From contig JBHIAV010000005.1 of NCBI GenBank assembly GCA_046758745.1, forward strand, positions 16,291 to 80,290: DNA of 64,000 nucleotides, read 5' to 3'. Position 1 is the stretch's first letter; each line of letters starts with the position of its first letter. The notes under the pieces are model-generated. The model was given only the letters and a program-made list of their open reading frames with translations. It was not told the origin of the DNA and did no database searches. This document shows, piece after piece, positions 44,211-54,990 of the stretch. Both the position numbers and the translations under genes were made by a program. The DNA comes from Gemmatimonadota bacterium. Lineage in GTDB: Bacteria; Gemmatimonadota; Gemmatimonadetes; Palauibacterales; Palauibacteraceae.

Positions 44211-44654
44211 TCATCGGGAGGCGAGGAGCTTCCTGACCTCACTCTCTCCGTTGACCAGCAGCTGCACGAAGTAGGGCCCCGACGCGACCCTCCGGCCGGA
44301 ACGGTCCCGACCGTCCCATAAGGCGAGATACCGGCCGGGTCGTGGATACGAGAGGGAGTCGATGGGCTCGCCGCGGCCCGCCGGGTGGTCGAGGGCCGTC
44401 GGGATCGCCACCAGCTGGTGGAGGAGGCTGAAGATGCGCATCGAGACGGTGACCTCTCCTCCCGACGCGAAGGCGGAATCCCCCAGAACGAAGGGGATGC
44501 GGGCGGTCGACCGGAACGGGTTCGGATACGGGACCCCCAGCGCAAACGGCGGCGCGGCGGTCGCCCGAGGGTCGGACGAGACCTCCTGCGCGTGCGCGGA
44601 CCCGGCTTGCACGCCGCCGAGGAGCAGCAGAAGCGCGGCGGCGGCCGCTCTCAT
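44211..44654 (-). CDS. Secreted protein with FlgD-Ig/secretion-tail-like domain
   Basis: Signal peptide (SAHAQ), PYPNPF, WDGRDRSGRRVASGPYF. Confidence 0.65.
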   Translation of the reverse strand: MRAAAAALLLLLGGVQAGSAHAQEVSSDPRATAAPPFALGVPYPNPFRSTARIPFVLGDSAFASGGEVTVSMRIFSLLHQLVAIPTALDHPAGRGEPIDSLSYPRPGRYLALWDGRDRSGRRVASGPYFVQLLVNGESEVRKLLASR

Positions 44655-46537
44655 CGCTCGACGAGCTCCCTTCCCTCGCCTACGCGTCTCGTAACTCCCG
44701 TCCTATCCAAGAATTCCATAAGAGGGATCAAGTACTTTCGCGATACGCCGAACGCCTCTTTGAAGTCCCCCGGCGCCGCGGTACCCCGCTCCCCGAGGAG
44801 GCGGCGGGCTCGAAGTCGGGCGTTCTCGGCCTCCTCCGCGGCGAGGAAGATCTCCGGCGTCAGCGCCACGATCTCCTCCCGCTCGAGGAGGAGGCGAAGG
44901 AGGTCGTTGAGCAGCGGACGGTCCAGACCCAGCCTCGCCGCGATCTCATCGACGGTCGGTGGCGCCAGTCCTCCCTCGCCCACCGCGCGCGCCACCTCGG
45001 CCAGCGCCCGCTCTTCGGCGGCCGTCAGCTCGGCGCCGTGGCCGGGAAGCCGGGCGCTCGGGCCGTCGACCAGGATCTTCCGCTCGTCTACGAGCTCGTC
45101 GAGGGCGCGCTCCAGCAGTGCGGGTGCGAAACGACCGGCGGCGGCGGAGCGCAACCCCTCCAGGGATACGGACGGCGCCCTGCGGTTCGCGGCGTGCGCT
45201 CTCCGCACAGCGTCGAGGAGTGCGGACCGAGCGCCGGAGAGGATTTCCCGCGAGAACCACCGCCTGCCGATCCGGACCGCGTCTACGCGTCGCGCGTCGG
45301 GCCGGGCGAGCCGGTCGGCGGGAAGGCCCGTGACGATCGGGAGCCTCTCGTCGGCCAGCCCCTGGCCGGCGGCGAGGCGAACCGCGGCGACGATCGCCTC
45401 CTCGGCGGTACCGTCGAGGCAACGCTCCCATGCCCCGACCCGCTCACGCCAGCCTCTCGGCGGATCGAGCGCAGAGATGCGCCCGCCCCCGATCGTGGTG
45501 ACGGGCGAGTAGAAGCGGATGACGAAGCGGTCGCGGCCGCGCGCCACCACCGGCGTCTCGAGCGCGAGGACCGCCCATCCACGCTGGCCGGGCTCGAGCC
45601 GGTCCCTGTTGGCGAGCACCACCCTGCTCATGACCTCGCTGGTGCCCAGATACAGGCGAACGCGCTGACCATGCTCCACGTGGCGCGGAGCGTGCGCGAG
45701 GACCTCCAGCCACACGCCGACGCGCCGGGACGGCCTCCAAGCGCCCTCCGAGACGATCACGCTCCCCCGCTTCGCCTCGTCGGCCTGGACCCCGACGAGG
45801 GCGAGGGCTGCCCGCCGTCCGGCGGCGACGCGCGGGCGCGTCCGTCCGTGCACTTCCACGGAGCGCACCCTCACCCTCTTCCCGCCCGGAAAGAGGCGAA
45901 CCCTATCCCCGCTCGCCACCTCCCCACTCCACACGGTCCCGGTCACCACGGTACCCACACCACGGATGGTGAAAGAGCGATCGACGGGCATGCGGAACAG
46001 GTCCCTTCCCTCCTTCCCGCGCGCATGCGCCGCCTGCCGAAAGATCTCGGCGCGGAGCTCATCCACACCGGCTCGGGTAGCCGCCGAGACGGGCACCACC
46101 GGCCAGCGGGTGTGACCGAGGACGGCCCGAAGCTCTTCGGCCACCGCCTGTCGGGCCAGTTCGAGAAGCTCCGAGTCCGTCCGATCGACCTTGTTCAGGG
46201 CGACGATTCCGTGCTCCACTCCCAGGAGCCTGGCTATCGCCAGGTGCTCGCGGGTTTGCGGCATCGGCCCCTCCTCGGCCGCCACCACCAGGAGGAGGAG
46301 GTCGATGCCGGTGGAGCCCGCCAGCATGTTCTTGACGAAGTCCTCATGGCCGGGGACGTCGATCACTCCCACCTCGACCCCTTCCTCCGCTCCGAGTCGG
46401 GCGAAGCCGATGTCGATCGTCAGTCCGCGCTCCTTCTCCTCCTTCCAGCGGTCGGTGTCGACGCCTGTCAGGGCGCGAACGAGCGCCGTCTTCCCATGGT
46501 CGACATGTCCGGCCGTGCCCACCACCACCCCTTTCAT
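44651..46537 (-). CDS. selB: Selenocysteine-specific elongation factor
   Basis: GTAGHVDHGKT, EEKERGLTIDIGF, DVPGHEDF, PQTREH, C-terminal winged helix GVSRKYLIPLMEFLD. Confidence 0.95.
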   Translation of the reverse strand: MKGVVVGTAGHVDHGKTALVRALTGVDTDRWKEEKERGLTIDIGFARLGAEEGVEVGVIDVPGHEDFVKNMLAGSTGIDLLLLVVAAEEGPMPQTREHLAIARLLGVEHGIVALNKVDRTDSELLELARQAVAEELRAVLGHTRWPVVPVSAATRAGVDELRAEIFRQAAHARGKEGRDLFRMPVDRSFTIRGVGTVVTGTVWSGEVASGDRVRLFPGGKRVRVRSVEVHGRTRPRVAAGRRAALALVGVQADEAKRGSVIVSEGAWRPSRRVGVWLEVLAHAPRHVEHGQRVRLYLGTSEVMSRVVLANRDRLEPGQRGWAVLALETPVVARGRDRFVIRFYSPVTTIGGGRISALDPPRGWRERVGAWERCLDGTAEEAIVAAVRLAAGQGLADERLPIVTGLPADRLARPDARRVDAVRIGRRWFSREILSGARSALLDAVRRAHAANRRAPSVSLEGLRSAAAGRFAPALLERALDELVDERKILVDGPSARLPGHGAELTAAEERALAEVARAVGEGGLAPPTVDEIAARLGLDRPLLNDLLRLLLEREEIVALTPEIFLAAEEAENARLRARRLLGERGTAAPGDFKEAFGVSRKYLIPLMEFLDRTGVTRRVGEGRELVER

Positions 46538-47271
46538 CGGACCCGCCCGAGTCCGAGGAAGTCGAGCGAGCGGAGACGCACCCCCTCGGCCAGGTGATGC
46601 CGGATGAAATCGGCCACGAGAGTCACCTGTCGGTCGGTGACATCCCCCGCGCCGTCCCCCCCCCCCGCCAGCGCGCGCAGCTTCGTGAGCTCCGCCCCGC
46701 TCAGGAGCGCCCCCACTTGCGAACAGCTTTCGCAGCGTACACCTCCCGAGGCGCAATCGAATCTGCCCGGCTCACCGGAGGCGATCGGCCGGCCGCACTC
46801 GAGGCAGAGATCCAGGGCCGGGGCGAAGCCCAGCACCGCGACGAGCCGCCAGATCCGTCCGAGAGCGACCGACGGCACGACTGGCACCGAAGCCGCCAGG
46901 AGGGCATCGAGCCCGCCGGTAAGCGCCTCGTACAGTCGCTGATCCGCCTGCTCGGGGGCGAGGCGAAGGACGAGCTCGCAAAGGACCGAGGCGCCGGAGA
47001 AGCGATCGAGGTCCGAACCCAGCTCCTGCCGGGCGTGCAGGAGCTCGAAATCGGAGAGGGTGTGGAGGTCGCGGTTCGACTTCAGATAGAGGGTGGCGCG
47101 GCCTTCCGCGAACGGCTCGAGGAGCCCTGCGAGGCGACTCCGCGGCCGAAGAGCTCCCCGGGCGATCGCCGAACGCGGTCCATGCTCCCGCGTCATGAGG
47201 CGAAGGATCTTGCTCGTGTCGCTGTACCGGAACGTCTGCAACACGACGCAGCGGGTCGTTACGATCGGCAC
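46534..47271 (-). CDS. recO: DNA repair protein RecO
   Basis: YSDTSKIL..TREHG..AIARGA, LEPF, GFAP..CLECG...GGVRCESC. Confidence 0.9.
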   Translation of the reverse strand: MPIVTTRCVVLQTFRYSDTSKILRLMTREHGPRSAIARGALRPRSRLAGLLEPFAEGRATLYLKSNRDLHTLSDFELLHARQELGSDLDRFSGASVLCELVLRLAPEQADQRLYEALTGGLDALLAASVPVVPSVALGRIWRLVAVLGFAPALDLCLECGRPIASGEPGRFDCASGGVRCESCSQVGALLSGAELTKLRALAGGGDGAGDVTDRQVTLVADFIRHHLAEGVRLRSLDFLGLGRVR

Positions 47272-47428
47272 GAGCGCAAGTTACGCGCGTCATGATGGGC
47301 GAGCAACGAGTCATCGGTCGCCCCGGTTCGGGATCGAGGGGGTGCGCCCGCCGCGGGGGGATCATGACCGAGGGCGGCCGCGTCGCTCTGCACGGGGCCG
47401 CCAGGGCCCGGGGGGGCCGCGTGCGACC

Positions 47429-48229
47429 CTATTCGCCCGATCCCCGCGATGCGGCGGAGAGGGGCACCACCTGCCGTCCGAGCGCACCGAGGTTCAGCAC
47501 CCGCACCGGCCAGCCGAAGGCCGATTCCAGGCGCTCCGGCACCAGCACGTCGGATGGCCGTCCCAACGCTTCGACCCGCCCCCCCACGAGAAGCACCAGG
47601 TGGTCCGCGTACCGAGCCGCGAGGTTGAGATTGTGGGTGATGGAGATCACGTCTAGTCCCTTCTCTCGAACGAGGTCCGACACGAGCTCGAAGAACTCCA
47701 TCTCATGCCCGAGATCCAGGTGCGCGGTGGGCTCGTCGAGAACCAGGTGGCGGGGCGACTGGGCGAGTGCCCGGGCGAGCCGCGCGCGCTGCATCTCGCC
47801 CGCAGAGAGCCGCGACACGTCGCGCCACACGAGCTCCGCCAACCCCGTTCGCTCGATCGCTTCCCACACGATCTGCCGATCCTCGCGGGCCAGGCCCGCC
47901 CATGCCCGGAGGTAGGGGTGGCGTCCCATCTCGACGTACTCCCACACGGCGAGCGGAAAGTGAACCGGCTCCTCCTGCGTTACGACGCCGACGCACCGGG
48001 CGAGCTCCCGCCTGGGCCAGGAGCTGCTCGGGCGGCCCCTGAACAGGGCCTCGCCGTGCTCGGGCTCCAGAATACCGAGCAACAGCCGGAGGAGCGTGCT
48101 CTTCCCCGCCCCGTTTGGACCCACGATGATGGTGTGCATCCGCGCCGGACATTCGAGGCTCACCTCGGCCACCGCCGGCATGCTCGCCCCCGGGTAGCGA
48201 TATGACACGCGGGAGAGCTCGAAGCTCAC
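47429..48229 (-). CDS. Cobalamin/siderophore ABC ATPase (BtuD-like)
   Basis: GPNGAGKS, LSAGEMQRA, LDEPTAHLD, THNLNLAARYAD. Confidence 0.88.
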   Translation of the reverse strand: MSFELSRVSYRYPGASMPAVAEVSLECPARMHTIIVGPNGAGKSTLLRLLLGILEPEHGEALFRGRPSSSWPRRELARCVGVVTQEEPVHFPLAVWEYVEMGRHPYLRAWAGLAREDRQIVWEAIERTGLAELVWRDVSRLSAGEMQRARLARALAQSPRHLVLDEPTAHLDLGHEMEFFELVSDLVREKGLDVISITHNLNLAARYADHLVLLVGGRVEALGRPSDVLVPERLESAFGWPVRVLNLGALGRQVVPLSAASRGSGE

Positions 48230-49212
48230 CGGACGTAGCGCCGCCGGAGGAGCACGAGGAAGAAAGGAACGCCCACGAATGCCATCACCACCCCCACGGG
48301 AATCTCCAGCGGCGCGGCGGCTGTGCGCGCGGCCGAGTCCGCCGCCACGAGCACCGCTCCGCCCCCCAGGAAGCTGAGTGGGATCAGCCGCCGGTGGTCT
48401 GCCCCCCACAGCATGCGGACGGCGTGCGGGACGACGAGCCCGACGAAGCCGATCACGCCGGCAACGCTCACCGCAATGGCCGCGAGGAACGATGCCAGGA
48501 GATAGGCGAGCCGCTTGACGCGCTCGACTTCGGTCCCCAGGTGCGCGGCGGTCTCCTCCCCGAGGGCCAGCGCGTTCAGGTGCCGCCCAAGCGCGACGGA
48601 CGCCACGACGGCCGGAAGGGCGTAGGCGGCGACGATGGCCGTCATGCGCCAGGACGCCTGTCCGAGGCTTCCCATCGTCCAGAATATCGCCGATTGAAGG
48701 GCCCGCGCCGACGCCAAGGTGAAGAGCAGCATCACGCAAGCGGTGAAGAACGCGCCGGCTACGACACCGGCCAGGAGCAGAATGCGGGTGTCGAGCCGAC
48801 CCACGGACGACGCGACGCGGAAGACCAACGCGATCGCGAGGACGGCGCCCGCGAACGCAGCCAGCGGAAGGCTCACCGCGCCGAGCGCCGACATCCCGAC
48901 CGTGATCGCCGCGACGGCGCCCAGGGCCGCACCCGATTGGACGCCGAGCAGGTAGGGCTCCGCCAGTGGGTTTCTCAGCAGCGCCTGGAAGAGCGCACCG
49001 GAGACGGCGAGGCTCGCTCCCGTGAGGATGCCGGCCGTCACGCGCGGGAGCCGCACCGCCAGGAGGATGGTGCGGGCCGGAGTCTCCTCGCCGCTGACGA
49101 CGGCGCGCCACAGCTCCGCCGGGGTGAGCGAGGCCGGGCCCAGAAGGAGCCCGGTCATCGCGCTCGCCACAAGAAGCGCGCCCGCGATGGCGAATGGGAT
49201 GACCCGCCTCAC
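48226..49212 (-). CDS. Cobalamin/siderophore ABC permease (BtuC/FecCD)
   Basis: VRLPR, LLRNPLAEPYLLGV, LGEETAAHLG, GVIGFVGLVVPH. Confidence 0.9.
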   Translation of the reverse strand: MRRVIPFAIAGALLVASAMTGLLLGPASLTPAELWRAVVSGEETPARTILLAVRLPRVTAGILTGASLAVSGALFQALLRNPLAEPYLLGVQSGAALGAVAAITVGMSALGAVSLPLAAFAGAVLAIALVFRVASSVGRLDTRILLLAGVVAGAFFTACVMLLFTLASARALQSAIFWTMGSLGQASWRMTAIVAAYALPAVVASVALGRHLNALALGEETAAHLGTEVERVKRLAYLLASFLAAIAVSVAGVIGFVGLVVPHAVRMLWGADHRRLIPLSFLGGGAVLVAADSAARTAAAPLEIPVGVVMAFVGVPFFLVLLRRRYVR

Positions 49213-50222
49213 GGCGCGTCCGACCGCACGGCCATCGGTCCCTCCAAGGGGCGACCGGCGCTTCCCCGACCTCCTCCACGTGCCGGGGGGGCACCGTCCG
49301 GCGGGCCGACAACGCCCACCTCCGGATGTATGGCCACGGCGAGGATCGCGGCGGCTTGCCCGATGCGGGGTCCCAACCGGTGCACGATGTCCGCATCGAC
49401 GGTGCGCACAGAACCCTCCCGAACGGCACGAACGGCGTTCCACCCCGGCCTCTTCGTCGGGGGTGTCTGCCGACCGGCTGGTTCCGCGGTCAACGGATAC
49501 AGGATGACCTCAGGGTCGCGCTCCGCGATCGCCTCGAGGCTCACCTGAGGGGACGGCGAGGCAAGATCGCTGAAGATGTTCCGCCCGCCCACGATCGCGA
49601 TGAGGGAATCCAGATAGCTGCCAGCGCCGATCGTGATCGCGGGAGGATACCAGATATCGTAGTAGACGGATCGTGGCGGCAGATGCCGCGTCAGCTCCTT
49701 CACCCTGCGGAGCTCTCGCCGCACCCCCGTCAACAAGGCCTCGGCCGCCTCGGTCCGGCCGGTTAGGAGGCCGAGGCGCCCGACGGTACGCTCGAAGTCC
49801 GGTAGCGTGTTGAGAGCGACGGCCAGGGAGGGGATCCCCAGACGCTCGAACTCCCGCACGGCCGGCACGTTGTCCGAGCCGGCGAACAGGATCACGACGT
49901 CGGGACGGTGAGCCAGCACCAGCTCGGTCGAAGGACGAACGGCGTCGCCGAGATTGGGGAGGTTCAGCACCTCCGGCGGATAGTCGTCCCACCGGGACCG
50001 GCCGGCCACGCTCTCCCCCGCGCCAATCGCGAAAAGGACCTCCGTGACGGCGGGGATAAGGGAGACGATGCGATCCGGAGGCCGGGCAAAAACCAGGGTA
50101 CGCCCGAGGTCATCGGTGACCCATGTGGTGTCGCCGCGACGGGCGTGAACCGTTCCGTCCGTGGCTCCCGCCACCGACACGAAGGCGGCCAGGGCGTACA
50201 GAGCGCCGGCGACTTCCAACAA
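49209..50222 (-). CDS. Cobalamin-binding periplasmic protein (BtuF-like)
   Basis: DDLGR, RIVSLIPAVTEVLFAIG, DYPPE, HRLGPR; downstream of a B12 riboswitch. Confidence 0.85.
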   Translation of the reverse strand: MLEVAGALYALAAFVSVAGATDGTVHARRGDTTWVTDDLGRTLVFARPPDRIVSLIPAVTEVLFAIGAGESVAGRSRWDDYPPEVLNLPNLGDAVRPSTELVLAHRPDVVILFAGSDNVPAVREFERLGIPSLAVALNTLPDFERTVGRLGLLTGRTEAAEALLTGVRRELRRVKELTRHLPPRSVYYDIWYPPAITIGAGSYLDSLIAIVGGRNIFSDLASPSPQVSLEAIAERDPEVILYPLTAEPAGRQTPPTKRPGWNAVRAVREGSVRTVDADIVHRLGPRIGQAAAILAVAIHPEVGVVGPPDGAPPARGGGRGSAGRPLEGPMAVRSDAP

Positions 50223-50314
50223 GATCCCCTCCTTCCGCGGGAGGGGAACGGGTACCCCGGGGCGCCTGTCCGCCCACACCCTTCCCGCGAAGAGCTCGAG
50301 TGGGCGGGGACGGG

Positions 50315-50495
50315 ACACGTCTCCTGGCTCGAGGCCTCGCCGTGCCTTCCCGGAGCGCCTCCAGTGGCGTGTTACGGCGAGAGCGGCTCCTGGCCGCGGT
50401 GCCTCTCACAGTGGCGGGGCCGCGCCGGCTTCACACCGGCTTCCGTATGCCCCATCCCCGATCCGTGCCGGGCGGCGCAGGTCATCACCTTCGCA
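50315..50495 (-). promoter_or_regulatory. Cobalamin riboswitch
   Basis: Minus strand GGAAGCCGGTGTGAAGCCGGCGCGGCCCCGCCACTGTGA, GCCACTGGA...CCGGGAAGG, B12 box AGCCAGGAGAC (50329-50319). Boundaries approximate. Confidence 0.88.
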
Positions 50496-50621
50496 CCCAC
50501 GGGGTGCGGACGACTGTCGCCGGCCGTGGCCGGAACGCCGCCCGGCGGTCTCGACCTACACTAGCCGGCGGATCGATGGCGGGGCAAGCGGGGCGCCGGG
50601 CGGGGTGGAGACCGGTCGGCT

Positions 50622-51701
50622 CTACCGGCAGCCGCTGCGACGCATAGCGAAGACGGCGGCCGCCAGAAGAGTGATGCCGGCGGCCAGCCATGCCCACGCG
50701 GCGGCGTTCGGACCGGCGGCGGACCAACTGACGGCCACGCGCGACCCCGCATCGAGCTCCCTGCCGGTGAAGCGAAGGTAGACACGGCCCTCGACCTCGG
50801 TGGTCTCCCGCGCCTCCGCCCCTTCCACCCGAGGCTCCGAGGCGGTACGAGCGATCAGCAGCTCGAGCCTGCGGGTCCGGTGATCGACCGGTAGCTCCAG
50901 AGCGCCGTCCGGCACCATGTAGCGAAGCGTCACCCTCCGCCCGGTCGGCCGCAGCGGGCCCGCGAGGATCACCCTCCCGTCGACGAACCGGATCTCACCG
51001 GTGGCAGGGCCGCTGGGGACGACCACCTTGTCCGTCGCGCCGCGTGGGAATCGGGCCGTCCATACGGCCTGGCCGGGGGCCGCGGCCACCAGCGTTCGAC
51101 CGGACGTTCCCTCGAGGTCGAAGACATCCATCACCTCGAGGGCAGGGCTCCCGGGCTCGAGCGGCGAGAGGATCGTGTGGCGCACGGAGACGGTGACGTC
51201 CCCGGGCGCGCCGGACACGATCGCCGTGTCGTAGACCAGGACCCGGTAGGGGCGGGGTGGATCCTCTCCTCCGTGCAGGGGCGGCCCGAAGTACAGAACG
51301 CCCTGGTGGCGGGCGGCGGTGAGGTACACCGCCGTGCTGCCGGGAGGCTCGCGCAGGAGGAAGCGGAACGACCCGTCGCGAGCGGAGACGACCGAGTCCA
51401 CGAGGGCGCCGGAGTCGGCCGTGACCCGGTGCAGTTCCACCCACGCCCCAGAGACGCCGCGTGAGTCCACCCCCCGCACGACCACGCCCCTGAGCTCTCT
51501 CGCCGCGTCCTGGGCCGGCCGGGTGACCCGGGACTCCACCACGGCCTCGGCCGGAGCGGCCGCGTGAGGACTCTCCGCGACGGCCAGGGGCGCAGGCGGG
51601 AGCAGGAGAGAACAAGATAACAGCGAGGCGGTGACCGGGCGCCGGACGACGGCCGTGCCTTCCACAAGCGCACGACCGGCCGCCGGAACGGCTTCGCTCA
51701 C
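50622..51701 (-). CDS. Hypothetical periplasmic protein with carboxypeptidase-regulatory-like N-domain and C-terminal TM anchor
   Basis: GAWVELHRV...DSVVSARDGSFRF...HQGVLYFG; C-terminal TM followed by RR. Confidence 0.6.
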   Translation of the reverse strand: MSEAVPAAGRALVEGTAVVRRPVTASLLSCSLLLPPAPLAVAESPHAAAPAEAVVESRVTRPAQDAARELRGVVVRGVDSRGVSGAWVELHRVTADSGALVDSVVSARDGSFRFLLREPPGSTAVYLTAARHQGVLYFGPPLHGGEDPPRPYRVLVYDTAIVSGAPGDVTVSVRHTILSPLEPGSPALEVMDVFDLEGTSGRTLVAAAPGQAVWTARFPRGATDKVVVPSGPATGEIRFVDGRVILAGPLRPTGRRVTLRYMVPDGALELPVDHRTRRLELLIARTASEPRVEGAEARETTEVEGRVYLRFTGRELDAGSRVAVSWSAAGPNAAAWAWLAAGITLLAAAVFAMRRSGCR

Positions 51702-52243
51702 GGGGTGAAGCGCCCGAAGTCCTCCGGATTCAGTCGCTTCAGGTAGTCCCGGAGCTTTTCCTTCTCCTCCTCCGTCGGCTCGCTCTCGCCGGAAGCGCCG
51801 ACCGCCCAGGGTGGAGCGTCCGCTTCGTCCTCGAAGCTCGACTCCTCGATCTCGAAGCTTGTCATCTCGAGCAGCGAGTCGTCCGCCAGAATCGGAGCCG
51901 ACGCCCGCAGAGCGAGGGCGACGCTGTCGCTCGGGCGGGAGTCGATGGAGATGAGCTCTCCGTCGCGCCGGAAGATCAGGGAGGCGTAATAGGTGTTGTC
52001 CACCACCTTGGTGATCAACACGCGCACGAGCTCACTCCCGAGCCCTCGCACCACGGTATTGAAGAGATCGTGAGTCAGCGGCCGCGAGAACTTGATGCCG
52101 GCCAGCTCCATGGCGATCGCGCTCGCTTCGCCAGGGCCGATCCAGATCGGCAACAGGCGGTCCCCGCCCTTCTCCCTCAGGATGACGACCGGCGTGTTCG
52201 AGGCCTTGTCCAGCCCGAGGCTCGCGACTTCGACTTCGGTCAT
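51698..52243 (-). CDS. Bifunctional nuclease family protein (DUF151)
   Basis: LPIWIGPGEASAI, RPLTHDL, IDSRPSDSVALALR. Confidence 0.9.
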   Translation of the reverse strand: MTEVEVASLGLDKASNTPVVILREKGGDRLLPIWIGPGEASAIAMELAGIKFSRPLTHDLFNTVVRGLGSELVRVLITKVVDNTYYASLIFRRDGELISIDSRPSDSVALALRASAPILADDSLLEMTSFEIEESSFEDEADAPPWAVGASGESEPTEEEKEKLRDYLKRLNPEDFGRFTP

Positions 52244-52277
52244 CCGCACCCCCGGCGAGGCGTTCTCACAGGCCCCC

Positions 52278-53744
<1,467 letters not shown>

Positions 53745-54902
53745 CTACACCTTCGCCTTGAGCTCCTCCACCCGGTCGGTCCGTTCCCAGCTGAAGCCGC
53801 CGTCCGGCTGTGGGGATCGGCCGAAATGACCGTACGCAGCAGTCCGGCGGTAGATAGGCCGGCGAAGCTCGAGGGCCTCCATGATGGCCAGGGGGCGAAG
53901 ATCGAAGACCTCCTTGACCGTCCGCTCCAGCTCCACATCGGGTACCGCGCCCGTGCCGGATGTGTCGACCGTGACCGACACCGGCTCCGCCACCCCGATC
54001 GCGTAGGCGAGCTGGATCTCCACCTCCCGGGCGAGCCCCGCCGCGACGACGTTCTTGGCCACCCAGCGGGCCGCGTAACTCGCCGAGCGATCTACCTTCG
54101 AGGGGTCCTTGCCGCTGAATGCTCCGCCTCCGTGTCTGCCCCAGCCCCCGTACGTGTCCACGATGATCTTCCGCCCCGTAACGCCGGCATCCCCCCGAGG
54201 CCCACCCACCACGAACCGGCCCGTCGGGTTGATGTGCACGACCACGCTTTCGGGATCGTACAGCTCCGACGGCAGCGCCGCCTCGACAACCTGTGGGATG
54301 AGCGCTTCGCGCAGTTGCTCCTGCGAGACGTCCGGGGAGTGCTGCGCGGAAAGCACGACCGTGGTCACCCGAAGGGGACAGTCGCCCTCGTACTCGACCG
54401 TCACCTGCGACTTCCCGTCGGGGCGAAGCCAGTCGAGGATCCCCTCGTGGCGCACCTGAGCTAGACGGTGCGTCAGCCGATGTGCCAGGTGGATCGGCAG
54501 GGGCATCAGGTTCTTCGTCTCGTTGGTGGCGTAGCCGAACATCATCCCCTGATCACCGGCCCCGCCGCTGTCCACTCCGCGGGCTATGTCCGGCGACTGC
54601 CGATCGATCGAGGTGAGGACCGAGCAGGTGTCGCAGTCGAAGCCGTACGAGGCATCTTGGTACCCGATCCCCCGGATCGTGTCGCGCGCCACGTCGGGGA
54701 TGTGGACGTACCCACAGGTGGTGATCTCGCCGGCCACCAGGACCAGGCCGGTCGTGACGAGCGTCTCGCATGCCACCCGGGCCTTCGGATCCTGCTCCAG
54801 GATCGCGTCGAGCACACCGTCCGAGATCTGGTCGGCGATCTTGTCCGGATGGCCTTCGGTGACGGACTCCGAAGTGAAGAGATGGCGGCCGCTCGCGGGC
54901 AC
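53745..54902 (-). CDS. metK: S-adenosylmethionine synthetase
   Basis: [57 protein letters not shown]. Confidence 0.96.
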   Translation of the reverse strand: MPASGRHLFTSESVTEGHPDKIADQISDGVLDAILEQDPKARVACETLVTTGLVLVAGEITTCGYVHIPDVARDTIRGIGYQDASYGFDCDTCSVLTSIDRQSPDIARGVDSGGAGDQGMMFGYATNETKNLMPLPIHLAHRLTHRLAQVRHEGILDWLRPDGKSQVTVEYEGDCPLRVTTVVLSAQHSPDVSQEQLREALIPQVVEAALPSELYDPESVVVHINPTGRFVVGGPRGDAGVTGRKIIVDTYGGWGRHGGGAFSGKDPSKVDRSASYAARWVAKNVVAAGLAREVEIQLAYAIGVAEPVSVTVDTSGTGAVPDVELERTVKEVFDLRPLAIMEALELRRPIYRRTAAYGHFGRSPQPDGGFSWERTDRVEELKAKV

Positions 54903-54990
54903 TTGTGCTCCCGTCGTGGTGGACACTCCGAGCTCGACCGGCCCCCATGCGCGGGACCGGGGAGCAAAGCGCCCGGAAGCTACCGGTAGC

